Shown: positions 28,001-41,000 of the stretch, in pieces
How the letters are laid out: every line of letters starts with the position of its first letter
Numbering within the stretch: position 1 is the first letter of the stretch
NCBI RefSeq assembly: GCF_037042905.1
Contig: NC_087245.1
Span: 13,642,001-13,706,000, forward strand
Length of the DNA: 64,000 bases
Direction: 5' to 3'
DNA from: Lytechinus pictus
Taxonomy: Eukaryota
Position numbers and translations under genes: made by a program
Notes under the pieces: generated by a model
The model's database searches: none
What the model was told of the DNA's origin: nothing
The model's input: only the letters and a program-made list of their open reading frames with translations

Positions 28001-31000
28001 AATTCAGTGATGGAAGTATGCTTGGACGTCCCATGCAAAGGTTGGTATAGGTCCAAGTCTAAAGGGAAGTTGAAGTCAAGAGAATGGACTTGCAATTTAT
28101 TTTATTCTAGATGAAAATAATCAACCCACTCCTTGATTTCTCAAAACTATATTTGTATCAGTGCACATTCACGCAATTGAACTGAACAATTGCAATTATT
28201 TATTTCAGTCATTATTGTAGCAGAGAAAGTAAAAGTTACCCATTGAGGTGATATTCTCTATACACTGAAGAAATTACTGTATATTAAGAACAATGCTACT
28301 ATTGTCTTCACAAAAATTGTACCAATATTGTTACTATAAAATATTCATTTATTGTGTATGTCACTTGAATACAACTAAATTCCAGTGATGTCTTTGATAT
28401 GATGAAACATGTTTGGTCAATAATTTGTTTTTTACATATTACTTATTGCACACATAATTACCGGTTAGGATATTAATTTTACTATTATGTTTTATTTTTA
28501 TTTTAGACTTATTTCTTAAAATTCTTCTATTTCAAGGTTACATAATCTGTGATGGAATCAAATGTTGTTATTGTTACAGAAAAATAACATAATATCTCTA
28601 CTTCAGTATTCATATTCCATTCTTGATACCCATAGAAGTGGATTCATTGCTCATTCTAAAATTGACTCTGTGATTGTTTATTCTTTCAGTAACGGAAATT
28701 GATAGCAGTGACTATGAAATCTTCTTCCCACCCAACATCTTGGAGTTAGAAACAGTGGACCTGCGCTTTGCAGTTAGCCTGACTTCTGGTCCTCTCTCAA
28801 CTGCTGTAGATGGAGATGAGCTGTGGAGAATTGTCAGGGTTTACATGTCTGGCTATGCTGAGGGTAATGACAGCGTTGCCGTAGATACGACTGTTCCACT
28901 TCTCTCCTCTCAAGATGAAGTTGGTGAGCATGGTTTGTTATCTCTGGCCTTCTTATTGTGATGAATAACGTTGATCATTATAAAAGCAGAGTTGCCAAGT
29001 AGTACTGATTTTCATCATTTGGTACTGAAATTAAGAAGAAAACTGATAGTTTGATGCAAATTGCTGGTTTCTAAAATATCAGATTAATTTGTCCTATGGT
29101 ATTTCTTTGAAAATACTGATTTTCTCTCCAAAATACTGATTTTCAGCTTTTAAAATACAGTATTGAAATGTTCTTGTTCAGGTAGCACTGATGAAATGGG
29201 TTTTAGAATGAACTCACTAAAACTCTATAGAATTAACTGAATGACCTAAATTACCTGCATGAAATAATCTAAATTTTCTTTTCTTTACAGGCATATCTGC
29301 TGGAGAAACAATCCGATTGTTGAATATTCAAGCATCTCTCAACTTACAGGATGTTGACTGTGCCAGTATGCCGTATCTCTGTGTCGAGGTCGCTCAGGGC
29401 GAGACCCCTAGTCCTGAATTCAATGTGTCCTTTAATGATAATTCCAACATCATTTGTAAAGAGAATGTTAGATGCCAAGGTAATTGTCATTTTAAGGAAT
29501 CGTGTGCTCTTAAACTTTCTTCTTTGAAAAATATAAAATGAAGTGCCATAATTCAAAATAATTCAATGGTGGAGATTGGGATTGAAATGGATGCTGTAAT
29601 GTTATGTTATTGTGAATTTAAATGTGAAAATTGATATTTTTTATTTTGCTAAAAAGTATTGTTGATATAGCTAGCACCATGAACATCTCTTGGCTGTGTA
29701 TGTGATCAATAAAGCTAATAGTACATGTAGTAGTAGTAGTAGTAGTAGATCACTCTCCACAAAACTTCTACTTCTGTATACTAAAGTAATGAAAACTTTA
29801 TGAAGCTATGAAATGTTTTGAGCAATCATGAAAGGTTTGGCCTTCGCTGCTTTCCTTACCTTTATGTAGTTCAAATATCTGATTTTTAAATAACTAGTTA
29901 GCTAAGTGCAGGTAGCAAATGAAATATAACATAATGATGGCCTCGAGTTCTGGGTGGCAAGAAGTATTCGTAAAAATCTTATCACAATCAGTGCAATAAC
30001 CATTGTGCCTTTCTCTCTCTCTCTCTCTTTTTCCATCTTTCCCAGGTATCGTCATTACAAATAACTCCATCCAGAGTCCTCCACAGGGACCGGATGCAAC
30101 TGAAGGGGATGAGAACCAAGCAGTGAACATCACCCTGGTCGTCGAACACGACCCTGAACTCGGGACGAGTACAGGTGCGGAGATGTACCCATGGATGGTG
30201 ACGATATTTTATAACAGCCGATGGGATTGCATGGGGGATGACTTCGGAGACAGAGTCGCAGCTGGGCTCGTCGATCACCAAATGCTTATCGATGATCAAG
30301 AGCTTGTGTTAGAGAACCTGGACGTTGATGTGAACCTCACACAACTTGTTTGTCCGCAGAGGGTAGGTGTACTCTTTTATTTATGCCTTCACCAACTGTA
30401 AGTGGTCGCTGGGGGATTGTTTTGGGGATCATCAGACTGAAAAGTGTTACTTTTGTAAATAAAAAGTTCCTTAATCTTTCTTTTTATCTTAATCTTTCTT
30501 CAATTTTAGAGTGGCATCATAGATTAGTGTTTAAAAAAAGTGTAGGTTTTGAAAATGGTTCTTCAGGAAAACTTTGCATTTTTTTCCATTTCTTCTTCCA
30601 ATTTATAGGATATTTACCTGTGTGCTGAGTTTAACAAGAATGCATCAAGAGAATCAGATTTCACCCTTGATTTCCAGTCACCCTCAGTTAGATATGCCAT
30701 GCGAGAGGTTGCATGTCACGGTAAGAAATATCTTGATTTTATCAGGAATTTTTAATATGTATTGAATTTTATATGATGGAAATAATATGCAATTTTTATT
30801 TTGGCCAACCCTTAACCTTCTATTTCCTAGAAAATGGTTATGGTATCTTTGTAGGAGCATCATGAAATATTATTTTTGAGTTTGATATTTGTTACATATG
30901 ACTACTAGACCTGCCAACTACTCCTTTTTTCCAGGAATTACCCCGTTTTAAAGATTTATATCAACCAAAAAAGAGGAGCTCTTGTAATCTCTCAATGTTT

Positions 31001-34000
31001 GAATATAAAAATGTTAAACATCTCTGAATTAAAGTAAAAAGTGAAGGAGACACACCTGACAAAGAGAAGAAAAATTCAATCCGTGCAATAAGGACTTCTT
31101 TTTTTTCATTTTCAAATGTTGGCTGGCCTGGACCACAATCAAATTTGACATAAAAGTAAATAAAGAACCAAATACTTTTTTTTTTAAACTATGATGTGAG
31201 TAATGTTACTATGAAGAAATCTTTTGGGAAACTTTATTGGTAAAGGCTTTGTATAACACTGCATTCCACAAATCCAAAACCATCTGTTAGCTCCAGCCAC
31301 TCCAAAGTAGATATTTAAACTATAGTACAAACCAGTGTGACATACATGTAGTTTGAAGATTTGGAATAACAGCGTTTGCCTCCAACTCCTTGTCCCTAAT
31401 AATCAAGTGGTGTCCACAAATTGTGGAAAACTTAGTAAGCTTGTTACAAAATTGGTTTCTTTTGCATTATCATTAGGAATTAATTTCTGAATACTCACTC
31501 AAAAAAAGTAAAGGAATGAAGTCTGTGATTTTGATGTGAAAGCCTTGAAACTTATCTTGTATGAAATGTTTAATTTCTATCTATTCTTTGAAAAACCTGA
31601 AAGTTTCAATCTTGTTCATTATTTTCTCATTGATATATTTTTTATTCATTTCTTCTTATGGTGCAGGCGTGGAGATTTCGTCCACCAATTTCACATTGAC
31701 TGATGGTATACAGCATGAGCAAGGAGATGCAAACCATGAAATTACATTTTCTTTCGCTGTGACCACATCGGAAACAAGCCGACCACTCAGCGGTGCCGAT
31801 CTCTGGTCATTCCTGATCTACGGCTCTCGGAACGAGGATGGGTCCGGTGATCGTGTGATTAATTATAACTTGACTTCAGACTTGTCTGCAGCATCGATTC
31901 AACCTGATGGAACGTATGAGCTTGATCCTACCAGTCAGATGGTATGTACAATATGAATGCTCCCTTGGGAGTGGGGAATGGTATTAAAGTGGAATATAGT
32001 AACAGACTTGTCTCCAGTATTGCTTCAACCCAATGGAACATATGGGCTTGATCCTGTAAGTCAGATGGTGTGTATGGTATGAATGTTCCCTAGGGAGTGG
32101 GGTATGTGCACTGACATTCTGTAGTATTCAATTCAATACTTCTGTTAAATCAAATTTTATTCATGTGTAGTTCACTTTGTATAGTATTTTTTTGTATGAC
32201 ACAATGAATGTGTCACATCTGCACATCAATCGATACAGATAAATTTAAAGTAGTAAAGTTCTGCTCTTTCTGAAGAAAAAAAATTGGAAAAGATATTATG
32301 CTTAAAAATAAACGTTAATTCCACATGTTTCTGTCATTGGAAAAGATTTTACGATTATTCTTGGTCAGAGTAATATACTAATCACTCAAATGTTTGAGAT
32401 TGATTTGTTCTACACTACAAAATTTTGGCTGATTATCATTTGCATGAATATCCCTTATTTATAACTTTCCTATTTTTCTCTCTTTTTTTTTAACAGGTGA
32501 ATCTCAGTTTTGATGACATTGAATGTATTGAGATGCCATACCTTTGCATGAGGATCCAGAAGAGTGGCAGCTCATCGATTGATTTCTCATTATGGGGCGT
32601 CCCCAATGATCTCATTCTGCAGGATTGTTTCATGCTTGATTGCAGAGGTAAGAATGACACTTACTCTGTTTATTTGACCTAGTCCCTGTTGCATCACTTT
32701 ATGTTAGTAAAGACCGTGTGAATTACTACATTGTCACAAGCTGCGTGAAGTTCTCATTTATTTTTCCATCCAATGATCTAAAAATGAGATATGACCAAAG
32801 TTACCATTCCTACAATAAATATACCCTGCAATGCAGGAAACAATTCAAATAAGATTATCTGAAGAACAGAGAGAGACTGATGCATAATATTTACAATGTG
32901 TAGTTGTTACTTTTTGTACATAGTTTGCAAATAGTTTGACCATATTCTGAATATCATTTCTTCGTAAGGCTTTGTATAACTTTATAAATAATTGATGATT
33001 GTATGAAGCATAGTTTATATTGTCAATTTCATTTACTTTCATTTATAAATTGGGTTGGAGAGGGAATCAAATTTAAATATCGGGGGGGGGGAGGGAAATA
33101 TCCCATATCATGGATTCGATGTTCAGCTGTCATGGTATCTAAAACGCATTTAATATGTATGTTTATTTTATATATCAAGGTGTATACATTGATGAATTCA
33201 ATGTGTCACTGACCGCCGGAGATGAAATCATTTATGAGAACAGAGCAAACGAGCTGACTGCTATTAACCTTGACCTATCATCAAGGATGGACAAAGAGAG
33301 TGTTTCAGGTTCAAATCTCTGGGAGATCTTTACCTTCTTTAGCGACACAGAGGATGGATCAGGAGAGGTCATTGACAGGACACAAATTGCACCTCTTCCT
33401 GATAATCAGGTATTAAACCCTTCCCCCCCTGGAGAAAAAGAAATTAGAAATAAAATAAAGAAATTAAAAAAAAACATAAGAAACTTATAATTTTGTTATT
33501 CAATTCCCTAGCATTTTAAGCCGTTACTAGCCTATTGTTTCATTTCATTTTCTTTACAGCTATTTTTTCATTTAATTTAACTGAATAAATCTTCCTTCAC
33601 ACACACCAAACTCCCTCCCACATATATCTTGGCCTTTGATTATGCTTTCACATTTAAAGCCTACTGGCTTGTTTCCAGAATCAAACCATGTTTACACCCA
33701 CATTGATATTATAACAAGCCTGATTAATGTATAATCATCATTATCAGTGGCGGACCGTGACCCGGAGGAGACAAAGTATTGGGGGAGCACTGTATTGTTT
33801 GTGAACAATGCTGTGCCCCCCCCCCATGCTTTGTCTCCTCCGGGTCACGGTCCGCTACTGATCATTATGAATAAATAGATTTCTTATCAGCCACACTTTA
33901 TAGACCATTCAAATACCCTAAACTTTTGCTTGAACTTTACCAAGGCACCTTTTGTGGCACCAGTGGTACCTGTGGAATATGTAATAGACTCTGATGGAGG

Positions 34001-37000
34001 CTCACAAGTCTTATTGCTGTTCAGTGCCGTCAGGTCTAATAGCCAAATATCTAATGTTGTTAGGTCTATTATTGATTCATCCAATACAAGTGTGATCAAT
34101 TGAACCTATCTACCACTCAACGCTTTTACCAATAACAATTTGAGAGAATATCTATTTGGTCTAAAGCAATTTGGTCTAATAACTAGTTTTTTTTAGTAAT
34201 TTGACTAATGCCTCTCTTGTGTTATGACTATTCCTGGGTTATCTTGGTCGTGTGTTTTACTATTATTTATTTATTTATCAATCCATTCCCCCTCCCCAAA
34301 TCTTTCAGGATGATCAAGATTTCATTGCTGGTGGAGAGATAAGCTTTGGTCCTCTTGACACCAGCCTTACCCTGTCTGGAACGTGTGAAAACGTGATGTA
34401 TTTGTGTTTTGAGCTGAGAGCCAATGATGCGGCTGTTGTTCCTGATACTATAATCCTCCTGGGCATGCGAGTCTCCTGTGTACCAATCGACTGCAGAGGT
34501 ATGGTTTGTGTAATTTAATTTAAGGTACCACCAACACCACCACTACAATATTACCAGAATTCAGACTGTGGTTGGAGCCCATCATAATTGTCAATTTGAA
34601 TTCTTTTTTTTTTCAACGTACTGTCAAAATTTTTAGATATGCCAATTATAATTGGAATATATGATTTTTAATTTTTGTAATCAGATTTGTTTCATTCTAA
34701 TCATGTTATCAGTTCTTGTTGGAAGGCCGAAAGTGTTTCTGCTACTGAAATTAAATAACCCAAAAAGGGGGGGGGGTTGTTTCTTTTATTTGTTATTCTC
34801 TCTTTCCTTTTTAAATAAAGCCTCAAAATATGACCAATGCCATTTTAGAGTTTTAGATAAGAGTAGTGGTAGAAGAAATGAATTATACTACATTATTACC
34901 ACTTTTCACACAGGGGTTATAGTTAGCAGAACCACTCTTCAGGTTGACCCTACTGAGTACACAGAGACAATCGGTCCCATCGACTTTGTGGCCACAGCTA
35001 CGGTAACACCCCATCTTGACTCGGCCGATATCTCTGGAACAAGTCTGTGGAATCTGGACTTTTACCTTTCTGATTCGCCAAATGGGAACACATCCTTTGC
35101 TCGCGCCCCACTGCTATCGTCCAATGAACCCCTATCTGTTGGTTCAAATGTGGAGTTCAGTAATGTGAGACCGGTGTTTAACGCATCGGAAGTTCTTTGC
35201 TACGAAGCCTTGTATCTGTGTATGGTGTTGAAGAAGAATAGTGGTGCAAACCCAGATTTTGGACTCAAAGGTCTTCCAGATGACGGCACTCTACTGGATT
35301 GTGTTGATGTTAGCCCGTCATGCATAGGTCAGTGTATACTCAAACCTACAATATTGGAAGCATACCATTCATCTTACTTTGCATCCATTAGAAATGTATC
35401 TGATGTATATAGTATTATAAAGATGCAGCAAATTTTAATGTTTTATTGGGGAAATAGCAGTGATGTCAAATGAAACATATTTTTATTGGGAAATGAAATG
35501 AAAGGAGCATTATGACATCCTAACCTATCTTGTAAATGATTTTGATTTCCGATCTCATATCTTTGATCTCATGTCTTATTGTTAAGAAATTTATGTCCCA
35601 GGTAGAAGAATTAGATCCTCTGAAGACCCACTGAGATTAACAAAACCAATTAAACAAAAACAAACTGGAGATGGAACCTTCACTGTTGCATCCTCAATGG
35701 AATGAAACAAACCCCCTCTCACAACCCCCAACAGTTGAATCATTTAAGAAGTCCCTGAAAACGTTTTTGTTCTAGGCAACTGCCATAGTTTTATATGTAT
35801 GTCATTCTGTATTTGTTTTTGTATGAATTAGAAAAACTGAAATTGTAAGCTCTATTTGGGAAAAGAGTGTTATAAATATTGGGTATTATTATTGTTATTT
35901 ATAAGGAATCATATTCATTTATTTTCAGATTTCATGGGACATTTCACTAAACAGTTGTTCATAAACTTTTAATTGAACCATCACCTTTTGTTCTCTTTGA
36001 TTCTCCTTCAAACAGGTGTTGTTGTTGCAGAGACCGATCTTGGTCTCATCAACAGCCCCGTTCTACTCAGTGGTGAACCAAACATGGAGCTTGGACCCCT
36101 CAGTATAGATGTAACCTTTGCCACCCTAACAAGAGCCATCCTAGATGGTAACAACCTCTTCAGTTTTCTCATCTTAGCCAGAGATGGAGCTGGACAGGAT
36201 ATTGAACTGGACCGGAGACCACAGACGGTACCGACGAGCAACGTCCAGAGTTTGGGCATGATTCAATTTCCTTTCCAGTCATTAGTTGTTGATTTGACGG
36301 GCATTCGTTGTGACCAGATGACATCGATCTGTGGTGTCTTTCAGAAAGGCTCAGATCCAGAGCCTGATTTTACTCTCCAAGGGCAGGGTCTAGATATGAT
36401 GCTTCTAGAAGACTGTGTGGATCTCCAGTGCAGAGGTATGTTTTCAGAGTGTTGGTATATACATACTGGAAATTTATTTCAAAATATGCATTCGAAAGAT
36501 GAAGTCATGTTTGTTTTTCACTCTAGTCATGTAGTATCAATGAATTTCATTTAAAAACTTTAAAAAAAATATACATCCATATCTTTTACAAATTTTGTTG
36601 TGAAATATAACGGCAAAAGCAGTGCTAATTATTTTCATGAATATTTTCTGTAACATGGTCAAATACTCATACTGCTGTATTAAACTTTATGATATTTAAC
36701 GTTACTGGCTTATAGTATATAGTGAAAATTTTATCTTTGAAGTTTATCTAAAACAAGTAGAATATAATAATATATACAATTTTATAGTAATGTATTAATA
36801 GTGAGATGTGCACTTTAACTGCAGCTACATCTGTATATGCACCTTAGATTGTCCCAAATTTTCTTTGCATAGGTGTATAGCGCAATTTTCAATATAATTG
36901 TAAGATAGTACAAATTTTAGACCCAGCACTACAATCAGACATTGTTGAATAAGTGATCAGGTTAGGAACAGTCTGTACTACGATCAACTTTACTTTGTTT

Positions 37001-37969
37001 ATTAACCAAACCTTTTTGTTTTATCAATGTTTTGTTATTCCACAGGTGTCCGGGTGGAGAGCTTGTTCATAAACTTTATGAGTGGATTACCACTTCTGGA
37101 GCTTACTGCTTCACATGAAGTCAACTTCACTGTAAGTTCTCAGTTCCAACTACTCATAATTATTGCCACCAAGACATTTTTTATGAATGAGCTTTAATTC
37201 CCTATCAATTTATCAAATAGCAAGTCTAATGCCAGTTAGAAGTGCCCCTAGCTAGAATAAACAGTTCTTGAACTTTGGTTGCCCTGGCGACCGGTATAAG
37301 GACCTAAACGCCAGAACACTACTCATTTGTATGTTCAGTACCAACCATACATATTTGAAAGATGCCTGCTGAGTGTTTCATAAAGTTGTTCATAAGTTCT
37401 GCATGGCTTAACACATGACTTGTTATGATTTTGTGTGTAAAATCCCATACCCATCTGTATACTGTTCCTTGTTTTAATGTAATACCAGTAAACTTTCTAT
37501 AATTCTAATAAAATCTTGTCAAATAACAAATTTTGCTTTCAAATGCCTGCTAGCAATGAGAATTTCAATCTAACTAGTTAAGAATTTAGCTTTAGCCGAT
37601 GAGAATACAATTGATTGAGAATCTGATTTTTGCAAACCAAAGGATCACCAGTCACACATAGGTCATTTGTAACTTGAAACAGCCATTGGTTGAGTATTCT
37701 CAGATATGGAAGAAATGATTTCTCATTCTAAAGAAAAAGTTTGTGTCAGGGTTAATTAGGAGATTCCTTGGGTCCATTGTCCCTGAAATTGCACATTTGA
37801 CTTTGAACTGCATCCCGCTCGCAAAAGATTGTTCACTTGATGAGAATAATGATGATGATGAAACATAATGATGGCAATAATACAAATAATGACAATAAAA
37901 GTAATGATGATGATAAAGATGATGGTGACAATGATCATCATGATAATGATAACGGTGATGATGATGATT

Positions 37970-38007
<38 letters not shown>

Positions 38008-41000
38008 AATGAAACATTTATTTTTTTTCAATTTTCCTGCAGCTGACTGTTGCATCATCCTCAATGGGTGCTAGTGCTGTCGGTGAAGATCTGTGGTCCT
38101 TGACAACATTTCTCAGCCGCTATGAGAATGGCAGCAACCCGATCTCGGCAAAGACAGCGTACATCGGTAGCGATGCAAACATGGACCTAGCAGCCGGCCA
38201 GAGTATCGACATTGCAGCATCTGTCAATCTGAACACTAGTGACTTGGTGTGCGACTCCGAGTTCTTCCTTTGCGTGGTGCTATCGAAAGGAGATGGAGTG
38301 AATCCAGATTATACCCTAGAGGGTGACCTCCAAGTTTGCCGATCATTTGTATGCAATGGTAATATATTCATATCTACATGACTTCATCCTTGAAGTCATC
38401 TTTCATCATGCAATGATACAGAATTTAAATGCCACCTCTTGACTAGTCTCTAATCCATTCATGGGAAAAATTGCATTTTGTATATTATCTGAAAAAAAAT
38501 TCTTATTTGAGGTTCAGAATGACTATAAGAATAAAATATTCATGTGAGGGATGGAATTTGCAAGAAGTTTTTTTGAGTAATGGCCAAAATTAGTTCCTAA
38601 ATGTGGCCTGTTGTACGATTGCTTTGGTGTCATGATTCAATATTAAATTCAGTTTGATACATTATAATGGTTGTGAATTTCAAGTATGGACAATAGGATG
38701 GTCTGTTTTCTAATTTTCACATCAGATTTACAGTATGATATTCTGTTCTTAAATTGGGTCATAGGACAGTTGTAAGTTGTGCTTTGGCCTTAGATATTTG
38801 CACTCTTCCTGTTTTGCCCCCCAAAACAGCACACTGATTTATCAAACCATGGATGCATACACAAATGTACATTTCTCGAGCTTTTCTATTCATAAATTTG
38901 GCATCACTTAATTTCCATGGTAAAGAGTAATTTGAAGCAATCAAACTCTAAAAAAGGGAATATTTGATGCAAAAAAAAAATCACATTTACATAAACAATG
39001 TTAAAGATCAATTATTACATTTTAACTAGATAATAAATACAGATACAGTTTAAATTTATTTAGGTCAAATATCCTAATACCATGGAAACTGACTTTATTA
39101 GTAAATAGCATGTTTTTCATAATCTGATCTGGAAAAACAAAATTTGGAGGATTATTGGACTTGTAAAGACTTAATCTGTACATGTCTCATTGATGTTCAC
39201 ATAGGTGTAAATCTGACAAACGCTAACGTAACTATTAGTTCGGACGATGTGCTGCGGAACTTTGACCCCATGTCGGAGCTCACGGTTGATGTGAGTGTTG
39301 ATGTCATTGAGGGCTCTTCTACAGTTACTGGCCGAGATCTTTGGCACTTTGAGTTCTTCACCAGTACTGACTCAGCTGGAAATGTTTCACCTTCGGTAAG
39401 TGAATATGTTTATCCTTCATTTCTCATTAATTTTTTTTTCTTACAGGCTAAAGGATGGGAGAATTGTTGCAGATGTGTTGAATTGAGCTGGTGAAGTTTA
39501 ATTGTTTTCACATTGTATTTACATTGTTTTACGTTTTTGATACCATGACTTATACTTTAGCAAGAATTTAATATGATTGTGTTGCTAGTGAAGACATTCT
39601 TACTCTTTACACACAAACAGCCAAGAGCTACAGCAGACAATCTGACTGCAGAACAAGGTAGTGTGTCCCTAAACGCTGGAGAAACGTCTACCATCTCGGG
39701 TGTGATCGTGTACCTTGACTTGAGTTCAATCTCCTGTGACACTCCAAGGTATCTTTGTGTTGAGGTATGGAGAGGTGACCGAGCTTTCCCATTTTACTCC
39801 ATCAGCAACCTAGATTCCCAGACTCAGCTCAGAACATGCAGACCCATAGAATGTGCTGGTAAGTTATGTTTCTTTTGTGTTTTGTGTTCACCAATCCCTA
39901 AAGAAAGAAGGTGAAAGATGAATGTATATTTTTTTTATTCTAAGTGCTTGAAATTAGCTCTTTGTACCTTGAGGCAATGAAGCAATCTTGGTGATACCTG
40001 GGATGCTGTCTTGTAGAACGCTGCGATGATGCTTGCAACCATACTTTCCACAAATTAGTTAGAATGTAGATTTTTTATTACATTTAGGAATACAGGTGTG
40101 TCTACTAAAGTTAAATCTGTTTAGAGCATAAAATCTGTTGTGTGAAATTTGACTAAGGCAATTATTCAACCTATAGAAAATCAACTTATGCAGACTCAAG
40201 TATAATGTTTGTTTTCTATTATTATGCAAACAATCTTTCCAATTTAAGATTTTTTTTTTAATGGGGCGGGGGGGGTAATCTTGAATCTACATATTAAAAA
40301 AAAGATTTCATTACTCATGTGGAAAAGTATGTGTATACCAGAAATAATTAATCTTATATGCTTTTCACACTGCACATAGTTTCCTTAACCCCGGGAAATT
40401 GGATTAGACCCCCCCCCCCTTAGCCCCACCAATTTCCAGGGGTTAAGCTTAGCCCACTTCGGTTTCACACTACCTTTTAGCAAAGTGGGCTAGCATGGTA
40501 AATAGTATGGTACTATCTGGCCCTGCAAAAAATCAGGGTTAGCCGGCTTATTGCGGTGCTAAGAGATGCAGTGTGAAACGAAACCGCTAAGGCTAAGGAA
40601 AAGTGGGGCTAAGCGTTAGCCAATCACAGACGTCAAAATTGCACGTTAATCTCGCTCTGTGTGGCAAAATCATCAATATTCATGAGCTGTGCGATAGTCC
40701 AAAAGCAAATAGTATGGGGTTAAGAAAGACGCATATTAGCACTTATTGACTATCTCACTTCTATTCCATATTTCATTTTGCAGGAGTTAAGTTTGTGAGT
40801 GTCACTCCCGTAGTGATCACTCCACTTATTTGGATTGAGGAGCTTGCTAACCAGACCATCGCGTTGGAGGTCATCCTGATGCCTGATCCAGCCAGGTCTG
40901 GTATCGTTGGGGAAAACCTCTTCCAAGTAGATGTCTTTGCTTCAGCTTCAAACACTGGGACAGAAGGAGAGATCTCCCCGGTAAGTACATACAGACCATT

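Noticed and set aside
37700..38074. Poly-His, poly-Asp, poly-Met and poly-Ile ORFs
   Set aside because: Translations of an intronic (GAT)n microsatellite in several frames
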